NCBI GenBank assembly: GCA_041674705.1
Contig: JBAYVF010000001.1
Location: 129,238 to 193,237 of the forward strand
Length of the DNA stretch: 64,000 bases
Direction of reading: 5' to 3'
Origin: Candidatus Omnitrophota bacterium
Lineage (GTDB): Bacteria > Omnitrophota > Omnitrophia > Omnitrophales > Aquincolibacteriaceae
The notes beneath the pieces are model-generated. The model saw only the letters and a program-made list of their open reading frames with translations. It searched no databases and had not been told where the DNA came from. The position numbers were made by a program, and so were the translations under genes. Position 1 is the stretch's first letter; every line of letters starts with the position of its first letter. Positions 37,088 to 46,463 of the stretch are shown here, one piece after another.

Positions 37088-38080
37088 CTAAATCTTTAGG
37101 AGCCGGCAAAGATCCGCCGGAGTTCTAATGAAAAAATCGGGTTTGACGGTCTCGAGCTCTTTGGCGGCCTGGAAAGGATTGGCGGCGAGCATCGGGAAGG
37201 CGACGGAACGGATCGAGAGGGAGGCTTTCGCGCGGTTGGCGGCGAGGACATCATCGGGGAGATCGCCCACATAAAGAAATTTCTTTTTGGCGCCGAGGGC
37301 CTGCGCGGTTTTGAGAATGGAAAAAGGATGGGGCTTGCGCAAGGATTCTTTTTTCTCCCGCTCTTCTTTTTTGACGTCGTCCATCGTGGTCATTGCGTCA
37401 AAGAGGTCCGCGATGCCGAAATGCTTGAGCGCGTGGGAAGCTTCATAGAATGGCCGGCCGGTCGCGATGCCGAGTTTCAGGCCATGATTTTTGAGCTTTT
37501 CCAGGATCGGCCGTTTGAAAACAAGTTTTTCGCGATGAATAAGTCCGCGTTTTTTCCAATAACGCATCCGGTTCATGGTCACACGCGGGAAAATGTCTTT
37601 GCCGAGATAGACTTCCTGAAAGATGCGGGCTACTTTCTCGATGGTGACCGTTGTGGGACGGCCGAAAAGGGCGGTAATGCCAGAGACCCTCAGAGGTCTT
37701 TGTTTGATGCTTTTGGCGAATTTTTCGATCGCGACCGACTTCTTGAGCGCTTCAAGAGTTCTATTCTTGGACGGAAGCGATAGAAGATAGACGAGCAGGC
37801 CGTAGCAGCAGTCCCAATCGTCATTGAAACCTCCCAGAAGCTTGAATTGGTCTACGTCCCCGGGGGTGAGCAAGCTCGGGAACTTTCCTCCCGCCGACCG
37901 GCTGAAAAAGGGAATGGGACCATGCGTCAGATAGAGTTCTACGGTGTTACGGATGGCCTCAAGATACGATAAGCGGGTATCTACGAGGACATTGTCGATG
38001 TCAAAAATAATGGCGTCCGCCTGAACCTTTTCAACCGGGGGGTGTTGGACGGGCAATTTCGAAGGAACCTTCTGTTTCAT
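37088..38080 (-). CDS. HAD-superfamily phosphatase with large cap domain
   Basis: Motif I FDIDNVLVD, motif IV YVGDLPDDV. Confidence 0.7.
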   Translation of the reverse strand: MKQKVPSKLPVQHPPVEKVQADAIIFDIDNVLVDTRLSYLEAIRNTVELYLTHGPIPFFSRSAGGKFPSLLTPGDVDQFKLLGGFNDDWDCCYGLLVYLLSLPSKNRTLEALKKSVAIEKFAKSIKQRPLRVSGITALFGRPTTVTIEKVARIFQEVYLGKDIFPRVTMNRMRYWKKRGLIHREKLVFKRPILEKLKNHGLKLGIATGRPFYEASHALKHFGIADLFDAMTTMDDVKKEEREKKESLRKPHPFSILKTAQALGAKKKFLYVGDLPDDVLAANRAKASLSIRSVAFPMLAANPFQAAKELETVKPDFFIRTPADLCRLLKI

Positions 38081-38242
38081 GGAGCCAGTTTACGCCTCGA
38101 AGTGCGTCCTGTAAAGACTGATTTGGATTTCTGTTTGCCGTTGCAAGCGTACTTGTGCGTTCGCGCGGAGCTGTGCTAATATACCCGCCCTGAACCCAGC
38201 GCAGTTCAGTCGTTTTTATTTTCCCTTCTTAAAAATTATCAT

Positions 38243-38316
38243 GTCGGGGTAGCTCAGTTGGCTAGAGCGAGGGACTCATAAGCCCTAGGTCGCCAGTTCA
38301 ATCCTGGCCCCCGACA
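38243..38316 (+). tRNA. tRNA with CAT anticodon (elongator Met or lysidine-modified Ile2; not initiator)
   Basis: Manual cloverleaf: acceptor GTCGGGG/CCCCGAC, D arm GCTC-AGTTGGCTA-GAGC, anticodon loop CTCATAA, T arm GCCAG-TTCAATC-CTGGC. G1-C72 is paired. No encoded CCA. Confidence 0.85.
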
Positions 38317-38367
38317 CTATTTTCGTTCTGGCGTACGCCGCGCACCTTATTTTTCCTCGGACGTGTT

Positions 38368-39384
38368 ATGAAGAAAAAGCAGTTTTCAGCTACAGCGTTG
38401 CTTTCACGCCTTGAAGCGCATCTCCGGGACAAACGATTCTTTAAGGCGCGTCAAAAAATCCTCGTTGCTTGTTCGGGCGGGCCGGATTCGGTCGCGCTTT
38501 TTCATCTCCTGCGATCCCTTGCGCCAAGACAGGGCTGGAAATTAGGATTGATCCACTTCAATCATCAGCTCCGGCCCGGTGCCGCAAAAAAAGACGAACA
38601 ATCTGTTAAAAATCTTGCCCGGAAATTCAAGATCCCTTTTTTCCGAGGGACGGGGAACGTGGAACGGGAAACAAAAAAGACAAAAACGTCGATCGAGGAA
38701 GCCGCGCGTCAAATGCGCTACGATTTTTTTCTCCGGACTGCGCGGGCAGAAAAATTCCAGGCGATCGTATTGGCCCACACGCAAGATGATCAAGCTGAAA
38801 CCGTGCTGATGCGGGTTCTTCAAGGGACAGGCCTGCGGGGTCTTCAGGGGATCCGCGAAAAGTTCAAAGCGGGCGGCACGACCCTGGTGCGACCGCTCCT
38901 CTCTTTCACCAAAAAAGAACTGCTGGGTTATCTGGCAAAAGAACGCATCCCATTCCGTTCGGACAAGTCGAACGACTCTTCGCGATTCGTCCGTAACCGC
39001 ATTCGCCTGGAACTCATCCCGGGCCTTCAGCGTGATTTCAATCCACGGGTGGTCGAGGCTCTTTCGCGCATTCCCTCGATCGTGGCCGCAGAGAGCGCAT
39101 TGATCGCAGAACTCGAAGAGAAGGCTTGGGAGAAAACGTTTAAAAAGATTCGCGGTGCCAAGGTAGAACTCCGCCGCTCGGTTTTTCTTAAATTCCCTGC
39201 AGCGCTTCAATTCCGCATCGTAGAAAAAGCTCTTAAGAGGCTCGATAAGCAAAGCGGCCTCTCATTTGAGGCTTGGGAGCGGATCCGCCAAGGGCTTACA
39301 AGGTCCCGCTACCGCTCGTCCCTTCCCAGGGATATCGACTTTGAGCTAACCCCAAAAAATGTAACGATTTACAGGAAGCGGTAG
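38368..39384 (+). CDS. tilS: tRNA(Ile)-lysidine synthetase
   Basis: PP-loop VACSGGPDSVAL; typical N-type ATP pyrophosphatase domain. Confidence 0.9.
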   Translation: MKKKQFSATALLSRLEAHLRDKRFFKARQKILVACSGGPDSVALFHLLRSLAPRQGWKLGLIHFNHQLRPGAAKKDEQSVKNLARKFKIPFFRGTGNVERETKKTKTSIEEAARQMRYDFFLRTARAEKFQAIVLAHTQDDQAETVLMRVLQGTGLRGLQGIREKFKAGGTTLVRPLLSFTKKELLGYLAKERIPFRSDKSNDSSRFVRNRIRLELIPGLQRDFNPRVVEALSRIPSIVAAESALIAELEEKAWEKTFKKIRGAKVELRRSVFLKFPAALQFRIVEKALKRLDKQSGLSFEAWERIRQGLTRSRYRSSLPRDIDFELTPKNVTIYRKR

Positions 39385-39473
39385 AGAGCATAATCAGGTT
39401 TGATATCTTCAATTTCCCATGCTAGACTACGGCTCCTTTTTTCTGAAAAAAACAACAGAGATCCACGAATTCC

Positions 39474-41420
39474 ATGGCGAATCCTGTCAATAGCAGGCCA
39501 AAAAAGAACGGCTCACGGCCCAAAAATGGCCGGAAATTACCTCCCAAGCCCGGCGAACCGGACCGCCGGCGGCTGATCGCTCTTTTCCTTATACCGCTTG
39601 GCATCTTTCTGATCCTTCAGGTTTTTGTATTTCCCAATTTCGAGCTCAAAGAACTCAGCTATTCCGAATTCTACCGGATGCTGGGGCGCAACACCGAAAC
39701 CGGCGAGATCCTTTCCTGCGAACTTGTGGACAATGTGGTGCAGGGCAAGATGATCACAGGGTCCTACTTTCAAGTCCACATTCCCTACAATGACCCCGAG
39801 ATCCTTCCGATGATCCGCAAGAACGTCGCGAATTTCACGGTCAGCCCGCCGCAAACTTTCTGGCGTAATTTCTTCGCGGGAATTTTTCCGACCCTTCTTC
39901 TGATCGGATTTTTCTGGTTTTTTGTCTATCGCGGCGTCCAGCAGGGCGGCGGCAAGGTCTTCTCATTCGGGAAATCACGCGCCAAGCTTGCAGATAAAGA
40001 AAAAAGCCTGATCACTTTCAAAGACGTTGCCGGTGTTGAAGAAGCCAAGGAAGAACTCCAGGAGATCATCGAGTTTTTGAAGGAACCCCTGCGGTTCACG
40101 AAGTTGGGCGGGCGCATTCCCAAGGGCGTCCTTTTGATGGGGCCCCCGGGAACGGGGAAAACGCTTCTCGCGAAGGCGGTGGCCGGCGAGGCCGAAGTGC
40201 CTTTTTATTCCATCAGCGGTTCGGATTTTGTGGAAATGTTCGTCGGTGTTGGCGCCGCGCGTGTGCGCGATCTTTTTGAACAAGCCAAGCGCTCGGCCAA
40301 AGCGGGCGGCAAAGGCGCGATCATTTTTATCGATGAGATCGACGCCGTCGGCCGCCAGCGTTTCGCCGGGATCGGCGGCGGGCATGATGAGCGCGAACAG
40401 ACCTTGAACGCGCTTTTGGTCGAAATGGACGGGTTTGACACGCATATCGGCGTGATCCTGATCGCTTCGACGAACCGTCCCGATGTGTTGGATCCCGCGC
40501 TGCTTCGTCCGGGCCGTTTTGACCGTCAAGTGGTTGTGCCGCTTCCGGATCTCGTGGGTCGTGAAGCGATCCTGAAGGTCCATGCCCTCAAGGTAAAATT
40601 GGATCCTATCGTTGATTTTAAAACAATCGCGAAACAAACCACTTATTTTTCCGGCGCGGACCTTGCGAACCTTGTCAACGAGGCGGCCCTTCTGGCGGCG
40701 CGTCTCAATAAAGAAACGGTCGGGATGACCGAGCTTCAGGAATCCATCGAACGCGTCATGGCCGGGCCGCAGCGCAAGAGTAAAAAAGTTTCGGACAGGG
40801 AAAGGAAGATCGTGGCGCATCATGAATCCGGGCATGCGCTTGTGGCGCTCCTGACGCCCGGAGCCGATCCTGTCCACAAAGTGACGATCATTCCAAGAGG
40901 GATGGCCGGCGGCTATACGGTGAGTTTGCCGGAGGAAGACCGCACGCTTCATAGCAGGACTTTCTTTTTAGCGGAGATCCCCGTTTTGATGGGCGGAAGG
41001 GTGGCCGAGGAAATTATTTTTGGAGATATCACGACCGGAGCTCACAACGATCTTCAAAAAGCGACCCAGATCGCTCGTGAAATGGTATGCCGGTTCGGGA
41101 TGAGCGAGAAGATCGGCCCGATCGTTTTTGGCAAAGAAGGCGGGATGGTCTTTTTGGGCCGCGATCTCATGGATGAAAAGAATTATTCGGAGGACACCGC
41201 CCGGTTGATCGATGGGGAGGTGAAGCGGATCCTCGAGGAAGGTTACGAGCATGCGAAGAAGATCCTTACGGAGAACCGCGGCAAGCTCGAGGCTCTGGCG
41301 AAGTTGCTTCTCGAAAAAGAAACGTTAGATGCCGATGAGATCAAAAATGTTACGGGCCTTGGGATCACACTTCCGCCGGTGGGCGGCGGGCCTTTGCCAG
41401 TTGGGACGCCCATCGCGTGA
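39474..41420 (+). CDS. ftsH: ATP-dependent zinc metalloprotease FtsH
   Basis: AAA Walker [17 protein letters not shown] zinc site, two N-terminal TM helices. Confidence 0.96.
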   Translation: MANPVNSRPKKNGSRPKNGRKLPPKPGEPDRRRLIALFLIPLGIFLILQVFVFPNFELKELSYSEFYRMLGRNTETGEILSCELVDNVVQGKMITGSYFQVHIPYNDPEILPMIRKNVANFTVSPPQTFWRNFFAGIFPTLLLIGFFWFFVYRGVQQGGGKVFSFGKSRAKLADKEKSLITFKDVAGVEEAKEELQEIIEFLKEPLRFTKLGGRIPKGVLLMGPPGTGKTLLAKAVAGEAEVPFYSISGSDFVEMFVGVGAARVRDLFEQAKRSAKAGGKGAIIFIDEIDAVGRQRFAGIGGGHDEREQTLNALLVEMDGFDTHIGVILIASTNRPDVLDPALLRPGRFDRQVVVPLPDLVGREAILKVHALKVKLDPIVDFKTIAKQTTYFSGADLANLVNEAALLAARLNKETVGMTELQESIERVMAGPQRKSKKVSDRERKIVAHHESGHALVALLTPGADPVHKVTIIPRGMAGGYTVSLPEEDRTLHSRTFFLAEIPVLMGGRVAEEIIFGDITTGAHNDLQKATQIAREMVCRFGMSEKIGPIVFGKEGGMVFLGRDLMDEKNYSEDTARLIDGEVKRILEEGYEHAKKILTENRGKLEALAKLLLEKETLDADEIKNVTGLGITLPPVGGGPLPVGTPIA

Positions 41421-42265
41421 TCTGGAAGATCCGGCAAAACACCGTTTCTTTCGGCCGGACCCTTCTGATGGGGATCTTGAATATTACCCCGGATTCTTTT
41501 TTTGATGGCGGACGCTACCTCGATCCGGATGCCGCGAGCACGCAGGCTTTAAGGCTCGTCGGGGAAGGCGCGGATATGCTCGATCTTGGCGCCGAGTCCA
41601 CGCGGCCGGGAGCCGTGCCGGTCACCGAGCGGGAAGAGCTCGAGCGATTACTGCCGGTCCTGAAGCGGGTTCGCAAAGAAGTTTCAGTTCCCATTTCGAT
41701 CGATACGGTCAGTCCGAAAGTTGCGAAAGAATGCCTCGACGCGGGCGCCGACATCATTAATGACGTCAGCGGATTGAAGCGGTCGGGCCATGACATGGCG
41801 AAGGTCGTGAAGAAATTCGACGCGGGGCTTGTTTTAATGCACAGCCGCGGGACGCCGGAGACGATGCAGGCGCTCGCCAGTTACGGCGATGTTGTCACGG
41901 ATGTGATGACGGAACTTCGCGAAAGCGTCAAACTTGCGGTGGATGCCGGGATCGAGCGTGAACAGCTCGTGGTCGATCCGGGGCTTGGTTTTGCCAAGAC
42001 GACGGAACAGAACCTCGAGATCATGAAAAACCTCGGGGTGTTTCACAAGCTCGAGCTTCCCGTCATGCTCGGGCCGTCCCAGAAATCTTTTATCGGAAAA
42101 GTGACCGGGCGAGAAGTGAACGAACGGGAATTCGGGACCGCCGCATGCATCGCGGCAGCGGTAATGAACGGGATCCAGATCGTCAGGGTCCATGACGTCA
42201 AGGCGATGCGCGATGTCGTGCGTGTCACAGAATCCATTAAAAGGTTATCAAAAACGCCATCTTAA
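41417..42265 (+). CDS. folP: dihydropteroate synthase
   Basis: GILNITPDSFFDGG and DIGAESTRPG motifs. Confidence 0.93.
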   Translation: MIWKIRQNTVSFGRTLLMGILNITPDSFFDGGRYLDPDAASTQALRLVGEGADMLDLGAESTRPGAVPVTEREELERLLPVLKRVRKEVSVPISIDTVSPKVAKECLDAGADIINDVSGLKRSGHDMAKVVKKFDAGLVLMHSRGTPETMQALASYGDVVTDVMTELRESVKLAVDAGIEREQLVVDPGLGFAKTTEQNLEIMKNLGVFHKLELPVMLGPSQKSFIGKVTGREVNEREFGTAACIAAAVMNGIQIVRVHDVKAMRDVVRVTESIKRLSKTPS

Positions 42266-42282
42266 AACAGTAACAGGGCTCG

Positions 42283-42385
42283 CCCCGTTAGAGTCTCAAA
42301 TGACTTTGGCGGAGGAAAGAGCGATCGTTTTCAAGGTTTTTGGGGCAGAAAATTTTTTCAACATTTGGTTAAGACTCTAACGGGG
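42283..42385. repeat. MITE-like element with CCCCGTTAGAGTC / GACTCTAACGGGG inverted termini (copy B)
   Basis: 13-nt perfect terminal inverted repeat; ends 5 nt before the yebC ATG. Confidence 0.65.
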
Positions 42386-42390
42386 GAACC

Positions 42391-43137
42391 ATGTCGGGAC
42401 ATTCAAAATGGGCGAGTATCAAGCATAAAAAGGCGATCGTGGACGCCAAACGCGGCCAGGTCTTTACGAAGTTCATCCGCGAGATCACGGTCGCGGCCAA
42501 AACAGGCGGCGGGGATTTGAACACCAACCCACGGCTTCGCACCGCTATTCAATCCGCCAAGGATTCCAACATGCCGGCCGACAACATCGATCGCGCGATC
42601 AAAAAAGGGACGGGCGAACTGGAAGGCGTGACCTATGAGGAAATTTCCTACGAAGGTTTTGGCCCCGAAGGCGCGGCAGTCCTGGTGGCTTGCCTGACGG
42701 ACAATAAGAACCGCTCGGCTTCCGAGATCCGGAGTCTCTTCAACAAAAATGGCGGCAACATGGGAAGCGCCGGAACGGTGGCGTGGATGTTCGAGAAGAA
42801 AGGTTTTATCGTGATCGCAAAGACCGCGACCACCGAAGACCAACTCATGGAAATCGCGCTTGGCGCCGGGGCCGAAGATATGACCTCGACCGAGACGATG
42901 TTTGAAGTGACGACGGCACCTCAGGATCTTTGGGCGGTCCGTGAGGCCATTGAAAAAGCGAAGATCAAGATCGAGAGCGCGAACCTCACCATGATCCCCA
43001 AAAATCTCGTGAGCGTATCGGCGGACACGGGGCGCAAGGTGATCCATCTGATTGAGGCCTTGGAAGAGCATGACGACGTCCAGAATGTTTATTCGAACGC
43101 GGATATCCCCGAAGAAGTGATGAAAGAACTTGCATGA
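42391..43137 (+). CDS. yebC: YebC/PmpR-family transcriptional regulator
   Basis: MSGHSKWASIKHKKA N-terminus diagnostic of the family. Confidence 0.93.
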   Translation: MSGHSKWASIKHKKAIVDAKRGQVFTKFIREITVAAKTGGGDLNTNPRLRTAIQSAKDSNMPADNIDRAIKKGTGELEGVTYEEISYEGFGPEGAAVLVACLTDNKNRSASEIRSLFNKNGGNMGSAGTVAWMFEKKGFIVIAKTATTEDQLMEIALGAGAEDMTSTETMFEVTTAPQDLWAVREAIEKAKIKIESANLTMIPKNLVSVSADTGRKVIHLIEALEEHDDVQNVYSNADIPEEVMKELA

Positions 43138-43219
43138 CAGACTTCAGACTTCAGACTGGAGACTACAGACTTAAAAACAAGTTTTTTCCTGTAGTCTGTA
43201 GTCTGTGGTCTGTGGTCTC
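43138..43219. repeat. 31-bp imperfect hairpin whose arms are tandem heptamers (CAGACTN / CTGTNGT)
   Basis: Manual pairing gives 24 of 31 Watson-Crick pairs plus 3 G-U. Mismatches recur at the same positions of each 7-nt unit. Starts 1 nt after the yebC stop. Confidence 0.75.
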
Positions 43220-43240
43220 CGCGCGCAGGAGATTTGTTCC

Positions 43241-43732
43241 ATGCGCGTAATGGGTATTGACCCCGGCACGCACCGGACCGGCTTTGGGATCCTCGAATCT
43301 ACCGGACGGAGTTACAAGCTTGTGATCTGCGGCACCATCCGTGCCGCCTCTAAAGATCCGATTGCCAAACGCCTCCTTCATATTTTTGAATCCCTCCAGA
43401 AAAATATCCAGAGTTACAAACCCGATGTCGTGGCGCTTGAGACTCTTTTTTTCGCCAAGGATGTTCGTGCGGTTGAACGGATCGGGGCGGCACGCGCTTG
43501 CGCTATGCTCGCGGCTTCTAAGCAGGGCATCGAAGTGATAGAATACGCCCCGACGGCCGTAAAAAAGTCCGTGACCGGTAACGGCCGCGCGGCCAAAGAA
43601 CAGGTGCAATTTATGGTGAAACGCCTTTTGAATCTGAAAGAAGCTCCGGCGCTTGACGCCTCCGATGCGCTTGCCGTCGCGATGTGCCATTTGCATTCTT
43701 CTAAACGAAAGGTTTTATGTACCACTACCTGA
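43241..43732 (+). CDS. ruvC: crossover junction endodeoxyribonuclease RuvC
   Basis: MRVMGIDPGT... catalytic Asp motif. Confidence 0.92.
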   Translation: MRVMGIDPGTHRTGFGILESTGRSYKLVICGTIRAASKDPIAKRLLHIFESLQKNIQSYKPDVVALETLFFAKDVRAVERIGAARACAMLAASKQGIEVIEYAPTAVKKSVTGNGRAAKEQVQFMVKRLLNLKEAPALDASDALAVAMCHLHSSKRKVLCTTT

Positions 43733-44319
43733 ATGGAAAAATCGCGGAGAAGACGCCGACAGCGGCGATCCTGGATGTGAACGGGATCGGCTACGAGGTG
43801 CGTGTGTCGCTTTCCACGTTCTCAGGTCTTCCGAATCTTGGAGAAACTGTTAAGCTTTTTACGCATTTTGTCGTGCGTGAAGACGCCCAGTTGCTTTATG
43901 GCTTTGCCGCGGAAGAAGAGCGCGAAGCGTTCCGGCTTTTGATCTCCATTTCCGGAATCGGGCCGAAACTTGCAATCACATTACTTTCCGGCGTGACGCT
44001 TCCGGAGCTCAAGCGTGCCATTCAAGAAAAGAACATTCCGGTGCTGACGGCCATTTCCGGGATTGGACAGAAAACGGCGGAGCGCGTGATCATTGAATTG
44101 AAGGATAAGATCGGCAAAGCCGAAGTGTCGGCCGGCAAAGAGCTCATTCATGACGCGAGTGTTTCCGACCAGATGGTTGAGGATTCGGTCTCGGCGCTCG
44201 TTTCACTCGGTTATACCAAGCAGAAGGCGAAGGATGCAGTTCAGAAAACGCTGAAGGCCTTGCTTGGTAAAAAACCGACGGTGGAAGAGATCATTCGCAG
44301 CGCATTGAAGCACGTATGA
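43717..44319 (+). CDS. ruvA: Holliday junction helicase subunit RuvA
   Basis: MYHYLNGKI...VNGIGYEV OB-fold start; HhH motifs ISGIGPK and ISGIGQKTA. Confidence 0.92.
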   Translation: MYHYLNGKIAEKTPTAAILDVNGIGYEVRVSLSTFSGLPNLGETVKLFTHFVVREDAQLLYGFAAEEEREAFRLLISISGIGPKLAITLLSGVTLPELKRAIQEKNIPVLTAISGIGQKTAERVIIELKDKIGKAEVSAGKELIHDASVSDQMVEDSVSALVSLGYTKQKAKDAVQKTLKALLGKKPTVEEIIRSALKHV

Positions 44320-44333
44320 AAGTTTAGGACCTT

Positions 44334-45353
44334 ATGGTAGACGACAGAATGCTGGATCAGGAATTCAAGCCCGAAGAGATCGAGATCGAGGTTACCCTCC
44401 GTCCGGCCACGCTCGAGGAATTCATCGGGCAGACCGAGGTGAAGGACAATCTCAAGGTCGCCATCGAAGCCGCCACGCAACGCAAAGAATCGCTCGATCA
44501 TATTCTCCTTTTCGGGCCTCCGGGCCTCGGGAAAACCACACTTGCCAATATCATCGCCAACCGCATGAGCGCCAAGATCCACCAGATATCGGGGCCGGTG
44601 CTGGAACGGGCGGGCGACCTGGCGGGCATTCTCACCAACCTTGAAAAAGGTGACGTGCTTTTCATCGATGAGATCCACCGCATTCCTCATGTGGTGGAAG
44701 AATATCTTTATTCGGCCATGGAAGATTATTCGATCGAGATCATGATCGATAAAGGACCTCATGCGCGATCCGTCAAGATGCAGCTGCCGCGCTTTACGCT
44801 GATCGGCGCCACGACCCGGAGCGGTCTTCTCACGGCGCCCCTGCGTTCGCGATTCGGGATCATTGAACGGCTGAACTATTATGAGAACGAAGATCTGGCC
44901 ACGATCGTGAAACGTTCCGCAAAGATCCTGGAGATCGGGATCGATGACAAGGGGGCTCACGAGATCGCCGGCCGTGCGCGCGGCACGCCGCGTATCGCGA
45001 ACCGTCTTCTTCGCCGCGTGCGGGATTATGCGCAGGTCAAGGCCGACGGGAAGATCACGGCGGAGGTTGCGGACAAGGGGCTCAAGATGCTCGGGGTCGA
45101 TCAGGAGGGCCTGGATCCCATGGACAAGCGCATTCTCAAGTACATTCTCAAAGAATGCAACGGCGGTCCGGTGGGCGTCAACAGCCTTGCCGTCGGCGTG
45201 GGAGAAGATGCCGAGACCCTCGAAGAAATTTACGAGCCCTACCTCATTCAGCGCGGTTTTATGAAGCGCACTTCGGCCGGCCGTGTGGTGACCGAGCTCA
45301 CCTACCAACATTTCGGGCACAAGCCGCCCGCGTCTTCCAAGCAACTTTTTTAA
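44334..45353 (+). CDS. ruvB: Holliday junction helicase RuvB
   Basis: LRP.TL.EFIGQ, Walker [10 protein letters not shown], Walker B LFIDEIH. Confidence 0.96.
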   Translation: MVDDRMLDQEFKPEEIEIEVTLRPATLEEFIGQTEVKDNLKVAIEAATQRKESLDHILLFGPPGLGKTTLANIIANRMSAKIHQISGPVLERAGDLAGILTNLEKGDVLFIDEIHRIPHVVEEYLYSAMEDYSIEIMIDKGPHARSVKMQLPRFTLIGATTRSGLLTAPLRSRFGIIERLNYYENEDLATIVKRSAKILEIGIDDKGAHEIAGRARGTPRIANRLLRRVRDYAQVKADGKITAEVADKGLKMLGVDQEGLDPMDKRILKYILKECNGGPVGVNSLAVGVGEDAETLEEIYEPYLIQRGFMKRTSAGRVVTELTYQHFGHKPPASSKQLF

Positions 45354-45370
45354 GGTGCTTCATAGATTTC

Positions 45371-45400
45371 TTGGAAGGTGCATCCGTGCCGTGTTATATT
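45371..45400 (+). promoter_or_regulatory. possible sigma-70 promoter for the DUF2905-cdaA-cdaR unit
   Basis: TTGGAA, 18-nt spacer, TATATT. Confidence 0.35.
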
Positions 45401-45424
45401 ACGGCAAATCTCGAGAGGAGCCCT

Positions 45425-45640
45425 ATGAGCGACCTTGCAAAAACTCTGATCTTCTTCGGCCTGATCCTGGTAGGTATGGGGATCTTCGCGGCTATTTTTT
45501 CAAAGATTCCAATGCTTGGAAAACTCCCGGGCGACATCTTCCTCCGCAAGGGGAGCTTCGCTTTTTATTTACCCATCACTACTTGCATCCTGCTCAGCCT
45601 GATCCTCACGCTCGCTTTCACGCTTTTCGGAAAAAAATAA
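45425..45640 (+). CDS. DUF2905-family small membrane protein
   Basis: LPGDIFLRKGSFAFYLPITTCILLS motif; GAGGAG RBS. Confidence 0.7.
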   Translation: MSDLAKTLIFFGLILVGMGIFAAIFSKIPMLGKLPGDIFLRKGSFAFYLPITTCILLSLILTLAFTLFGKK

Positions 45641-45641
45641 C

Positions 45642-46463
45642 ATGTTCGAACTTTTGACCTCGTTCTGGCGGCCGGTGATCGAGATCCTCTTTATCTGGGT
45701 GTTGATCTATTCCGTGATCCGGTTCTTTCAGGGCACGCGCGCCATGCAGGTGCTTCTCGGTCTTGTCATCCTTGTGGTCATTTTCCTCGCGGCAAAATTC
45801 TTTGAATTGAACAGCATCATCTGGGTCCTTTCCAAGGTCTTCGCCGTGGGTATTGTGGCCTTCCTCATTATTTTTCAGCCTGAAATGCGGCGCGTGTTGG
45901 CGCGGATCGGGACCACGATGTCGAGCGGATTTTTAAGCGAAGGGGGCGTGATCGAAGAAGTGGTCCGCGCCTGCGACCATATGGCGCGGCACCGGACCGG
46001 GGCTTTGATCGCGCTTGAGCGGGACGTGGGTCTCAAGAACTATATTGAAAGCGGCATGATGATCGATGCGAAAGTAAGCGCGGAACTTCTGCTCAGCCTT
46101 TTTGATCCGCACACTCCGACCCATGACGGCGCCGTGATCATCTCGGGCGACCGGATCGCATCCTGCGGGTCTCTTTTTCCGCTTACGCAGATGACAGACC
46201 TTCCGACTTCCGTAGGGACGCGCCATAGGGCTGCGATCGGCCTTACGGAAGAAAATGACGCCGTCTGCATCGTGGTTTCCGAAGAGACCGGAAATATTTC
46301 AGTTTCGGTCTTCGGGAAACTCACCAAGGCGCTTGATCTTGAGGACATGAAGCGGATCCTCGAGGGGCTTTTTAAACCGGCAGAGAACAAGAACGTTTTT
46401 AAAGATTTCATCGATATGAACAAAAAGCTTTTCCAGTTCCATGGGAAGGAAGCCGGACAATGA
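45642..46463 (+). CDS. cdaA: diadenylate cyclase CdaA
   Basis: Three N-terminal TM helices and a DAC domain with HDGAVII and GTRHRAA motifs. Confidence 0.9.
   Translation: MFELLTSFWRPVIEILFIWVLIYSVIRFFQGTRAMQVLLGLVILVVIFLAAKFFELNSIIWVLSKVFAVGIVAFLIIFQPEMRRVLARIGTTMSSGFLSEGGVIEEVVRACDHMARHRTGALIALERDVGLKNYIESGMMIDAKVSAELLLSLFDPHTPTHDGAVIISGDRIASCGSLFPLTQMTDLPTSVGTRHRAAIGLTEENDAVCIVVSEETGNISVSVFGKLTKALDLEDMKRILEGLFKPAENKNVFKDFIDMNKKLFQFHGKEAGQ

Noticed and set aside
38190-38222. Terminator-like hairpin (CTGAAC/GTTCAG plus T-run) just upstream of tRNA(CAT)
   Set aside because: The stem is only 6 bp, and no plus-strand gene upstream needs termination. I could not support a function.
42192-42380. 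62-aa ORF spanning TIR element copy B (and similar small ORFs at 53976-54266 and 54063-54305 across repeat arrays)
   Set aside because: These ORFs exist only because the repeats lack stops. They have no RBS, no conservation between element copies at the protein level, and their interiors differ.
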